In this document: positions 18,548 to 26,611 of the stretch, in pieces | Numbering within the stretch: position 1 is the stretch's first letter | Layout of the letters: each line of letters starts with the position of its first letter | NCBI GenBank assembly: GCA_965227775.1 | Contig: OZ245777.1 | Coordinates: forward strand, 2,035,992-2,099,991 | Source of the DNA: Phycisphaerales bacterium | GTDB taxonomy: Bacteria; Planctomycetota; Phycisphaerae; Phycisphaerales; UBA1924 | Reading direction: 5' to 3' | Length of the DNA: 64,000 bases | Position numbers and translations under genes: made by a program | The notes under the pieces: model-generated | The model's database searches: none | What the model was told of the DNA's origin: nothing | Seen by the model: the letters and a program-made list of their open reading frames with translations, nothing else

Positions 18548-19672
18548 CGCGATGGGGATGAGCAGGAACGCATGCCCGAGCGAGCCGTCGCGCACGCCGG
18601 TGCCGACGATCCATCCGTTCTCGTTGATGTGATCGGCCCGTTGCAGTCGTTCCCAGCCGAGCAAGGCCGCGTCTGGCACGAGGTCGAAGAGCGAGTAGAA
18701 CTCGCCGCCGGCGCCATCGGGCAAGACGAACGCCTGGATGCCGACGAACGGGGGCGTTGCCAGATCGGACCACCAGCCGACGATGGTGCCGTCTTCGGTG
18801 ATCGAGCGTGCGACGCCCTGGGGCCGAACGAACAGGCCATCGAGCACATGGATCGGCTCGTAGCCCGAGCCGGTGTCTTGCCAGAGCGTCGCGTACTCGG
18901 GCTGGCTGATGTTGAATTGCGCCTCGCCGACGATCAGCCCGGCGCTGTTGGCGTCGTGCGCCCGGCTCGTCACGCCGGTGAGCGACGGATGGTCGTGCAG
19001 ATTGGTTAGCACGCCGGCATCCCAAGCGAATGCCTTGTCCTGCCCCGTACTGCGGTAGCCAACAACCAGGTCGTTGTCCGTCATCGCGAGCGGGCGGTCG
19101 AGTTCGCCGAGGTCTGTAAGCGCGACTCCATCCTCGAGCAGCCAGCCGCGAAAGTCGAGCCCGCCAGAACCGCTGGGCTCACGGCCCCATCCAAACAGAG
19201 TGCCCGTGTTGTTCGAACCGCGCACGCTTGCGAGTTGGTACGGTGGCGGGGCGGCGAGCAAGTCGGAGATGGCCTGTGGGTTGCCGTCGTCGTTCCATCG
19301 CACGGCAATCGGGTCTTGGATGATTCGTATGGGCCCGGGACCGCCCTCGAAGGTGATGCGATCGGACGTTCCGAGCGGACGGCGCTGGGCATCCATGGCC
19401 CAGGCCTCGCTGGCGTTGTCGTCGCCGCGAAGCAGCGGCAGTACCTCGACGATCGAGCCCTCGCTGGTCCAACGCAGTGCGACGGGCTTGCCCTCGACCG
19501 GTTCGAAGCCGATGCCCACGACCACGCCCTCTTCGCTCACGAAGGTGGCATCCACGACGAACAGGCCGAGCGGGTCTCGGGTGACGTCGGTGAGATCGAT
19601 GATGCGATAGCTGGGTTGGGCTGTCGCGGCGGTCGCCGTGAGAAGTGCTGCAATCAAGGCTGGGTTGGTCAT
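18380..19672 (-). CDS. Secreted HAF-type repeat protein with C-terminal GC-terminated double dockerin-like module
   Basis: Signal peptide MTNPALIAALLTATAATAQP with AGGAGAA RBS. HAF-like repeats (QDKAFAWDAGVLTNL, SRAHDANSAGLIVGEA, LGHAFLLIP). The tail is the shared module (see repeat feature 18380..18547). Confidence 0.85.
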   Translation of the reverse strand: MTNPALIAALLTATAATAQPSYRIIDLTDVTRDPLGLFVVDATFVSEEGVVVGIGFEPVEGKPVALRWTSEGSIVEVLPLLRGDDNASEAWAMDAQRRPLGTSDRITFEGGPGPIRIIQDPIAVRWNDDGNPQAISDLLAAPPPYQLASVRGSNNTGTLFGWGREPSGSGGLDFRGWLLEDGVALTDLGELDRPLAMTDNDLVVGYRSTGQDKAFAWDAGVLTNLHDHPSLTGVTSRAHDANSAGLIVGEAQFNISQPEYATLWQDTGSGYEPIHVLDGLFVRPQGVARSITEDGTIVGWWSDLATPPFVGIQAFVLPDGAGGEFYSLFDLVPDAALLGWERLQRADHINENGWIVGTGVRDGSLGHAFLLIPIACAPDIDGDGQLTIFDFLAFQNLFQDGDPAADFDGDGELTIFDFLAFQNAFDAGCE

Positions 19673-19690
19673 GGCGGTTCTCCTACCGAT

Positions 19691-19858
19691 CTATTCGCAG
19701 CCGGCGTCGAAGGCGTTCTGGAAAGCAAGAAAGTCGAAGAGGGTGAGTTGGCCATCTCCGTCGAAGTCGGCTCGCGGATCACCGATCCAGAATGCATCGT
19801 GAAACCGAATGTAGTCGAACACGTTGAGCTCTCCATCCCCGTCGAAGTCCGCTCGGCA
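19691..19858 (-). repeat. Dockerin-like C-terminal module, copy B (double)
   Basis: CRADFDGDGELNVFDYIRFHDAFWIGDPRADFDGDGQLTLFDFLAFQNAFDAGCE followed by the stop. Confidence 0.9.
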
Positions 19859-22033
19859 GGGTGGTGCACATCGATTCAGGAGCACCTGAAGCGAGGGAAC
19901 GCGTGTGTCGGCTACTGCGATGTCGGTTTGTCCGTCAAGATTTACATCTGCGAGCGTGAAGTTGGCGATCGTCTCGCCCGTTCGAAGGACCGGGCTCACG
20001 AAGAATCGCCGACCTCCAAGGTGCGTGAGTACTTGCACTCCTCCTGAGACATTGGCGACGACATCTGGGATGCCGTCCGCCGTCACGTCGCCAATCTCGA
20101 TTCCTGTCGCCGCACGGCCGATGTCGACCTGCTGCCGATCGCCCACACTGCCCAGGCCATCACCCGGCCAGTAGATGATCGCGCCGTTGAGTCCATCTCC
20201 AACGACGACGTCCTCGTTGCCATCCGAATCGAAGTCGACGATGCCGATGATCCCGCTGTTGAAGCCGATGGGGAGCACGCGCTGGGGAACCAACCGGCGG
20301 TTGTCCAGCTCGAAGATTGCCACCAGCCGACTCGGGAGGGTCGTGCTTACGCCAATCTCCAGCCGACCATCACCGTTGAGGTCACCAGCGGCCATCGCCG
20401 ACGAACGATCGGCAACATCGAGAACGAGCCGGTCGTCGAAGCGACCGGTCCCGTCGTTGTACGCCACCAGCAGCCGATCTCGCTCCAGCAGCACGATCGC
20501 ATCGGGGTCACCATCGGCGTCGGCGTCGAGCAGCTCAAACGTGGCTTCGCGAGAGTCAATGTCCCACTCGGCGATCGAGCGGAGACCGCCTGGTCCTTCG
20601 TTGATGATCGTCTCCAAGCCCCCGCCCTGCTTTGTGAGTGCCACCGCGTCGAGGTCGCCGTCCAAGTCAACGTCCGCAAGCCGCAGCTGCCTCACCGCGC
20701 CGCGGAGCGAGACGGACTGGACATGCACCGGCCCGGTCGCGGTCTGCCGGAGCACGTCGAGGCGTGGTCTCGCGTTCACGGACACGAGCAGGTCTGCAAG
20801 GCCGTCTCCATCCAGGTCGCCCGCGTCGATGTCGAAGAGGCCCCACGGTTCCACGACTGCGGTTGCTAGTTGTTGAGGCAGAGGGAACGAACCCAGTCCA
20901 TCGTTCACCAGCACGGTGACGTCGAAGCCCCGCGAGTTCGGAACCGCGAGGTCGATCGCGCCGTCAGAGTTCATATCGGCCGAAACGATCTGGATGGGCT
21001 CCCGGCCCACCGGCAGGACTGTCGGCGTGCCCAAGCGGCCACCGCCCATGCTATCCAGCACGGCAACGAATCCGCCGTTTTGGTCGACAACCGCCACGTC
21101 CGCGTCGCCGTCACGGTCGAAGTCGCCGACCGCAACAGCGCCAAGCTCGCCACCCGCGGGCGCGCATTGGGCCTCGCCAAACACGCCGCCGGTGTTCAGG
21201 CGCGTGCACACCAGGCCGACGATCAACTCGGTCCAGACGAGGTCGGGGTCGCCATCGCCGTCGACGTCTCCCAGAGCGACGCCGGTGGGAAACAGGCCGG
21301 TCGGATACAGGTCCGGCTCGCCGAAGTCTCCGGTCCCGTCATTGAAGTGGACCTGGAGTCGCGGCTCGGCGAATCCGCGGCTGGAAACAACGAGGTCCGG
21401 ATCGCCGTCGCCGTCCAAATCGCTCCATGCGATCGCCTCGGCGAACGACGCGACCAGCACCGAAGAAGTGAGCTGGAAAGATCCGGAGCCGTCGTTACGC
21501 AAGAGCCGCACGCCGCTGCTTGCTCGAACGGCCAGATCGATGTCGCCGTCGCCGTCCATGTCTTCCGGACTCAGTTCGTTCGGCAGTACGCCCGAACTCG
21601 ACGTGATCGGCTCGGCGAAGCTCCCTGCTCCGTCACCCAAGAGCACATCGACTGTCGACCCGAGCGTGCTGCCATAGGCAATGTCGAGCGCTCCATCGCC
21701 GTTGAAATCGGCGGCAACCACGCACTGCAGGCGTCGCAGATCCGGCAACTCGATGGTTCGAGATTCGAACCACCCGCCCTCTCGAGCTATCGAGAGCGTG
21801 ATGTCGTTGCTGACAACGTTGGCAACCGCGAGGTCCGCTCGCCCATCCCCATTGAAATCACCCACAGCAACGCAGCTGGGGCGTTCTTCGGCAGGAAGAT
21901 CCCACGGTGCGGCAAACGGCTGCTTGCAACGGGCATCGTGCGGGCCGGTTTGGGCAACAGCGTCGGCAGCTGGTCCCAGCGGTGCGAGACCGATAGCGAT
22001 GGCCCAAACGGCGGATCGATCCCGTCGTGACAT
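19691..22033 (-). CDS. Secreted FG-GAP/VCBS repeat protein (about 14 repeats) with C-terminal GC-terminated double dockerin-like module
   Basis: Signal peptide with GGGAGG RBS. Fourteen Ca-loop repeats of the type DFNGDGRADLAV, DLDGDGDPDLVV and DFDSDGNEDVVVGD. Shared C-terminal module. Confidence 0.9.
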   Translation of the reverse strand: MSRRDRSAVWAIAIGLAPLGPAADAVAQTGPHDARCKQPFAAPWDLPAEERPSCVAVGDFNGDGRADLAVANVVSNDITLSIAREGGWFESRTIELPDLRRLQCVVAADFNGDGALDIAYGSTLGSTVDVLLGDGAGSFAEPITSSSGVLPNELSPEDMDGDGDIDLAVRASSGVRLLRNDGSGSFQLTSSVLVASFAEAIAWSDLDGDGDPDLVVSSRGFAEPRLQVHFNDGTGDFGEPDLYPTGLFPTGVALGDVDGDGDPDLVWTELIVGLVCTRLNTGGVFGEAQCAPAGGELGAVAVGDFDRDGDADVAVVDQNGGFVAVLDSMGGGRLGTPTVLPVGREPIQIVSADMNSDGAIDLAVPNSRGFDVTVLVNDGLGSFPLPQQLATAVVEPWGLFDIDAGDLDGDGLADLLVSVNARPRLDVLRQTATGPVHVQSVSLRGAVRQLRLADVDLDGDLDAVALTKQGGGLETIINEGPGGLRSIAEWDIDSREATFELLDADADGDPDAIVLLERDRLLVAYNDGTGRFDDRLVLDVADRSSAMAAGDLNGDGRLEIGVSTTLPSRLVAIFELDNRRLVPQRVLPIGFNSGIIGIVDFDSDGNEDVVVGDGLNGAIIYWPGDGLGSVGDRQQVDIGRAATGIEIGDVTADGIPDVVANVSGGVQVLTHLGGRRFFVSPVLRTGETIANFTLADVNLDGQTDIAVADTRVPSLQVLLNRCAPPCRADFDGDGELNVFDYIRFHDAFWIGDPRADFDGDGQLTLFDFLAFQNAFDAGCE

Positions 22034-22084
22034 AGCGCCTCCCTGCTGGCAGGACGATAGCTCGCCGAGCCAGGCGCCAGCCCG

Positions 22085-22171
22085 TTATGGGCAGCCGGCG
22101 TCGAAGGCGCTCTGGAACGCCAGGAAGTCGAAGATGGTCAGCGAGCCGTCGCCGTCGAAGTCGGCCTGGCA
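22085..22171 (-). repeat. Dockerin-like C-terminal module, copy C (single)
   Basis: CQADFDGDGSLTIFDFLAFQSAFDAGCP followed by the stop. Confidence 0.9.
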
Positions 22172-23503
22172 GGCGTGGGTGAACTCCAGAATTGCGTCTC
22201 CGCCTGCCACGCCGTCGCGATCGCCATCGATTTGCTCGCCAGTTACCGTGCTGCGGATCGCATCCGACAGCGTCGCGGTATAGGTATCGCCGTCGAGCGG
22301 CTCGCCCAGTCCGATGAGCATGAATTGGCTGCCCGAACCCGACGCGTCAAAGGCGACCGGTTCGCCGGCAATGTTGGTGATGGTCACGTTTGCGTCCGTG
22401 AACTCGACCGGTTCGTTGAAGATCACGCGCAGGCTAGCCACGGGGTCACCGGTCAGGATCGAGCCCCCGGGCACCGACGGGCTCGTCTCCACAACGACGG
22501 GGCCCGGCTCGCTCCCAGACTCGCGGATGAGCCAGATGCCGTTCTGGTCGGAAACGTACATCGACGCGCCGTCGGGGCTGATCGATAGTGCCTCGATCTC
22601 GATGAACCCGGTCGCCCACGCTCGATACGTTCCATCGGGGTCGAAGGCCTGAACCTGCCCGGTCACCGAGTCGACGACGTATGCCTGGTCACCGAACACG
22701 CCCGCGCCGGTCATGTCCACGTCGTTCAGATTGCGAATGCTGCACGGCTGGAGGTCGCCGATGAGCCGGTAGGTACCGCCGACCGTCACGCCGTTGAGCT
22801 CGTACATGCCGCTCAGATTGTCGTTGTTGCAGTCACGGTCTGCAAGGAGCAGGCCGCCGCCGTACGAGCCCGAGAGGTCGCGCGCCAGCCCTGCGACGTC
22901 GGTATCGGTGCGACCCGCCGGCAGGGACGAGTCCGAGCGAACGATTCTTGCATAGCTCGCGTCCATCGTGGCGAGCGTCGTCATGCCATCCGAGGCGTCG
23001 CCGTCGAGTAGCACCATGCCGAACGGATCGGTCGACCCACCGTCGAGGTACTCGAAGTCGTAATTCAGCCCGGGGCCGGTCGTCCAGCGCGTCTGCACCT
23101 GCGCATCGGGGTCCACAGAGAGCATCCTGGATACGCCGCGAGGGCCTGCGACGATGTCGAGGATGCACACGTGGATGTTGCCGTCGATGAGGCCGTCCGC
23201 GTCGAGGCGGATCCGACGCACCGAGTCGAACGGCGATTGGTCGCTGACGGCGATCGTGCGAATCACGCCGGTCGGTTCGATGAGCCGCACGGTCAGAAAC
23301 CCCGAGGGCGACACGATCGCCGAGAGCACACCCTCACCAAAGCGCGGATCATCGATGGCCTCGAGCTTCGCTCGCACGCCGTCCAGCAGCGGTGCGACCC
23401 GCCGGACGGTGAACCCATCGGGCACCTCCGGCTGCGCCAATGCGGCGACGGGGGCAAGAGCGGTCGACAGAGTGGCTGCGACGAACATCTGGCGTGCGAG
23501 CAT
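22085..23503 (-). CDS. Secreted beta-propeller-like plus Ig-like domain protein with C-terminal single dockerin-like module
   Basis: Signal peptide MLARQMFVAATLSTALAPVAALAQP with GAGGAGA RBS. Ig-like segment (SLRVIFNEPVEFTDANVTITNIAGEPVAF). The tail is one copy of the module. Confidence 0.8.
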   Translation of the reverse strand: MLARQMFVAATLSTALAPVAALAQPEVPDGFTVRRVAPLLDGVRAKLEAIDDPRFGEGVLSAIVSPSGFLTVRLIEPTGVIRTIAVSDQSPFDSVRRIRLDADGLIDGNIHVCILDIVAGPRGVSRMLSVDPDAQVQTRWTTGPGLNYDFEYLDGGSTDPFGMVLLDGDASDGMTTLATMDASYARIVRSDSSLPAGRTDTDVAGLARDLSGSYGGGLLLADRDCNNDNLSGMYELNGVTVGGTYRLIGDLQPCSIRNLNDVDMTGAGVFGDQAYVVDSVTGQVQAFDPDGTYRAWATGFIEIEALSISPDGASMYVSDQNGIWLIRESGSEPGPVVVETSPSVPGGSILTGDPVASLRVIFNEPVEFTDANVTITNIAGEPVAFDASGSGSQFMLIGLGEPLDGDTYTATLSDAIRSTVTGEQIDGDRDGVAGGDAILEFTHACQADFDGDGSLTIFDFLAFQSAFDAGCP

Positions 23504-23605
23504 CTCGGGTCTCCTCTCGGCACAGGATACAGGAAGCCGGTCGACAACGCAAGGTGAATGCGGGCGCGGGAGGCCGGCGGGGTGAGAGTGCGGGTGGGTT
23601 GCGTG

Positions 23606-23773
23606 CTACGGGCAGCCGGCGTCGAAGGCGTTCTGGAACGCAAGGAAGTCGAAGATCGTGAACGAGCCATCGCCGTCGAAGTCGGCGCGGGGGTCCATCA
23701 AGTCGAACAGGTTCTGGAACGCGAGGAAGTCGAAGATGGTGAGCTCGCCGTCGCCGTCGAGATCGGCTCGGCA
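23606..23773 (-). repeat. Dockerin-like C-terminal module, copy D (double)
   Basis: CRADLDGDGELTIFDFLAFQNLFDLMDPRADFDGDGSFTIFDFLAFQNAFDAGCP followed by the stop. Confidence 0.9.
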
Positions 23774-25537
23774 CGTTTCGCCCCGGCCATAGACGATGTA
23801 TGCGGCCCCGGTGAAGTCGAACGGCGTGACCGCAACTCCGGGTGCGCCGACAAGGACATCGCTGCGCCCGTCGCCGTTGACGTCGCCACCGCCCGCAACG
23901 CCCATGCGCAGGCGGTGCCCCGTACCGGGTGCGTCGAGATATGCCCCCTCACCAGCGATCGCCAGATCGTCGGGTTCCAGAACCGCATCGAATGTCCCGA
24001 TCGCCGGCACGTCTCGGCCCATCAGCAGGAACGCATCGCTGACGCCGGGCATGGCGACGAGCACGTCGTCGATACCATCGCCCGTCACATCTCCCGCAGC
24101 GCCGAGCGATTGCCCGGCCATCGCGTTGGACGTCGGCCCAACCAGCACGAAGCCGTCGGTTCCGTCGAGATCGTCCAGCGCGACCGAAGCCGAGAAGGGC
24201 GAGCCTGCCGGGCGACCGAACACCATGTACGTCCGCCCGTGGTCGTTGCCCGGGAAGGAATAGGACCCGTAGCGCGTGTGCGAAGCGCCGGGCGCACCGA
24301 GCGCGATGTCGTCGATGCCGTCGCCGTTGATGTCGCCTGCGCAGGCGAGCGCACCGCCCAGGCGGGCATCGATGTTGTCGATGTTCAGGGCGAAGCCCGC
24401 CGTGCCGTCGAGCTCTGCCAGGAGGACCTCAGCGGGGAAGGGATCGCTCGAGTCGCGACCGAACAGCACGTACGCCCGGCCGCCGTACACCGTGTAGCAA
24501 TAGCCATAGCCGCCGTAGCAGTACTGCTGGGAGTTGGCTCGCGGGGCGCCGATCAGCACGTCGTCGATGCCGTCGCCGTTGATGTCGCCGGCCCCGGCAA
24601 CCGTGCGACCCGCCTCGTTGAACCAGTCCTCGCCCGACGCCTTGAACCCCTGGCCGGGCGCGAGCGCATCGAGTGCGACGTCGGCGGGGAAGCCGCCCGC
24701 GCGACCAAAGAGGATGTAGACGGCCCCCCGGCCACCAATGGGCGGATCGCCCAGGTCGTTGGGAGCGCCGAGGGCGAGATCGTCCACGCCATCGCCGTTC
24801 ACGTCGCCCACGCCTGCGAGGCTGTTTCCGACGAGTGCACAGCTGGTGCCCGTGCCGATCGGCGTGCACACGTCGGCGATGCGGAAGCCGTCGGCGCCGT
24901 CGAGATCCTCAACGACCACGCGCGCGGGGAAGGGCGTGCTGCCGCCCGCGACGTTGCGGCCGAAGATGACCGCGGCGCGACCCTCGCCGAAGGACGAGTA
25001 CTGGGCGGCGCCGCTGTCGCCGACGACCAGGTCGTCCACACCGTCGCCGTTCAGGTCGCCCGCTGCCGCGACGGCGTAGCCCATCGGCCGGTCGCGGTTC
25101 GATGAGCCGATGCGAAATCCGTCGCCGCCGTCGAGGGCGGCCAGGTCGAGGCCGGCCGGCACGCCGCCCGCTCGGCCGAACACCACGTACGCCTCGCCGC
25201 CCACGCGCATCCTGCGATAGCCCTCGCTGGCCATCGCCCCGATGACGACGTCGTCCAGCCCATCGCCGTTGATGTCGCCCACGATCGCGGCCGAGAATCC
25301 GAGCTTCTCGAACGATCGCAACCCGCGTGCGAACGCGCCCAGCGTGCCATCGCCCCCGCTGGCGGGCTGGAGCGATTCGAGATCGAGCCTCTCGGGGAAC
25401 GCGTCGGCCAGGGGGTCACCCTGGGCAAGGGCGCTCCCGGCGACGGCCAGCAGCGCGAGGGTGGCGGTGACGGGAGTGATGGCGGTGATAGGGGTGGTGG
25501 GGGTGGTGGGGGTGGAGCGAACGGGCGCGTGGGGCAT
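23606..25537 (-). CDS. Secreted 7x FG-GAP (integrin-alpha-like propeller) protein with C-terminal double dockerin-like module
   Basis: ORF 23606..25684 trimmed to the ATG at 25537 (AAGGAG 7 nt upstream). Thr/Pro-rich leader and signal peptide. Seven repeats (DINGDGLDDVVIGA, DLNGDGVDDLVVGD, DVNGDGVDDLALGAP and others). Shared C-terminal module. Confidence 0.88.
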   Translation of the reverse strand: MPHAPVRSTPTTPTTPITAITPVTATLALLAVAGSALAQGDPLADAFPERLDLESLQPASGGDGTLGAFARGLRSFEKLGFSAAIVGDINGDGLDDVVIGAMASEGYRRMRVGGEAYVVFGRAGGVPAGLDLAALDGGDGFRIGSSNRDRPMGYAVAAAGDLNGDGVDDLVVGDSGAAQYSSFGEGRAAVIFGRNVAGGSTPFPARVVVEDLDGADGFRIADVCTPIGTGTSCALVGNSLAGVGDVNGDGVDDLALGAPNDLGDPPIGGRGAVYILFGRAGGFPADVALDALAPGQGFKASGEDWFNEAGRTVAGAGDINGDGIDDVLIGAPRANSQQYCYGGYGYCYTVYGGRAYVLFGRDSSDPFPAEVLLAELDGTAGFALNIDNIDARLGGALACAGDINGDGIDDIALGAPGASHTRYGSYSFPGNDHGRTYMVFGRPAGSPFSASVALDDLDGTDGFVLVGPTSNAMAGQSLGAAGDVTGDGIDDVLVAMPGVSDAFLLMGRDVPAIGTFDAVLEPDDLAIAGEGAYLDAPGTGHRLRMGVAGGGDVNGDGRSDVLVGAPGVAVTPFDFTGAAYIVYGRGETCRADLDGDGELTIFDFLAFQNLFDLMDPRADFDGDGSFTIFDFLAFQNAFDAGCP

Positions 25538-25557
25538 GGCGGGCTCCTTCGGAGCCC

Positions 25558-25586
25558 AGCATACCACAAATCCTCTGTTGATCCAA
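25558..25586 (-). promoter_or_regulatory. Candidate sigma70-like promoter for gene 23606..25537
   Basis: The minus strand reads TTGGAT-17 nt-TATGCT, preceded by TGg (extended -10). Just downstream, GGGCTCC-GAA-GGAGCCC can form a hairpin that includes the AAGGAG RBS. Promoter rules for this lineage are not established. Confidence 0.3.
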
Positions 25587-25601
25587 GGCGATTCGGGGCC
25601 G

Positions 25602-25682
25602 CTACGGGCAGCCGGCGTCGAAGGCGTTCTGGAAAGCAAGAAAGTCGAAGATGGTGAATTTGCCGTCGCCGAGCGTACGAGC
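25602..25682 (-). pseudogene. Orphan remnant of a dockerin-like module (3' gene fragment only)
   Basis: Minus-strand translation gives ARTLGDGKFTIFDFLAFQNAFDAGCP followed by the stop. An in-frame TGA lies only 43 codons upstream (25734-25736), and the open frame runs through the terminator hairpin. No passenger domain, signal peptide or RBS. Confidence 0.7.
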
Positions 25683-25690
25683 ACACACCA

Positions 25691-25725
25691 AGAGAAAACG
25701 GCGCGCCCGGAGTCGGTCGCGCCGT
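25691..25725 (-). terminator. Rho-independent terminator downstream of the PEP-CTERM gene
   Basis: Minus strand: ACGGCGCG-12 nt loop-CGCGCCGT followed by TTTTCTCTT. Begins 32 nt after the stop at 25757. Confidence 0.65.
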
Positions 25726-25756
25726 TGCCTTTCTCACCACTACCAGATGCTGGCCG

Positions 25757-26416
25757 CTACGAGCGGCGGCGCGTGCCGACGCCGACCAGCGTGATACCAG
25801 CCAGGGCGAGCATGCCGCTGCCCGGCAGCGGGATGACCACCGAGTCGGTCGGGTCGAAGTGGACCGTGTCGATCAGCACGCTGCCGCCGGGGCCGTTGAT
25901 CTCCACGCGGGCGATGCCCGAGACCGAGAAGGCGAAGAGCTGCCACGCCGTGCCAGCGCCGGAGCTGAGCGTGTCTCCGAGGTTGATCGTCTCCAGCAGC
26001 CCGCCGCCCGAGCCGAAGGCCGACATCGTCACGCCGTCGTCGGTTGTCAGCGCGAGCACGCTGAACGCGTCCCAGTTCGCGCCGACCGCCGACATCTCGA
26101 TGCCCGTAAACGTGTCGGCCGTACCGATGCGGTAGGCGTTCACGAGGCTGATGGCCCCATCGGCGCCGCCGGTTCCTGGCAGGATCACGTCGTGGTTCCA
26201 GCCCGAGGTGGTGCCGCCGAAGTCGATGCCGCTGGCAACGAACTGATTGTCGAGGCGCGTGGTGTCGGTGCCGTCCCAGGTCGTACCGCCGTAGATGCCG
26301 CTCTGGTCGAGCGACTCGAAGGTCAGCGTGACCGGGCCGGCCAGCGCGCCGGAGGCCACGACGACGGTCGCGAGCGTGGCAGAGGTGTTCTTGATGATCT
26401 TGGGTGTCTTGGTCAT
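25757..26416 (-). CDS. PEP-CTERM-type sorting-domain protein (secreted, unknown passenger)
   Basis: Signal peptide MTKTPKIIKNTSATLATVVVASGALAG with GGGAGA RBS. The C-terminus VVIPLPGSGMLALAGITLVGVGTRRRS has a Pro-containing motif, a TM helix and a basic tail, as in PEP-CTERM/exosortase substrates. Confidence 0.8.
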   Translation of the reverse strand: MTKTPKIIKNTSATLATVVVASGALAGPVTLTFESLDQSGIYGGTTWDGTDTTRLDNQFVASGIDFGGTTSGWNHDVILPGTGGADGAISLVNAYRIGTADTFTGIEMSAVGANWDAFSVLALTTDDGVTMSAFGSGGGLLETINLGDTLSSGAGTAWQLFAFSVSGIARVEINGPGGSVLIDTVHFDPTDSVVIPLPGSGMLALAGITLVGVGTRRRS

Positions 26417-26443
26417 GGTGTCATCTCCCGTGCCTGCGCACGC

Positions 26444-26611
26444 TTAGGGGCAGCCCGCCGAGAAATCGGTGCTGTATGCGAGGAAGTCGAAGAGGTTCCA
26501 GATCCCGTTGCCGTCCCAGTCGGCGATGGGGTCGCGATCGTTGAACAGGTTGAAGAACATCTGGAAATCGAAGATCGTCACATCCCCGTCCTCATCCAGG
26601 TCGACGTCGCA
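26444..26611 (-). repeat. Dockerin-like C-terminal module, copy F (double, diverged)
   Basis: CDVDLDEDGDVTIFDFQMFFNLFNDRDPIADWDGNGIWNLFDFLAYSTDFSAGCP followed by the stop. Confidence 0.85.
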
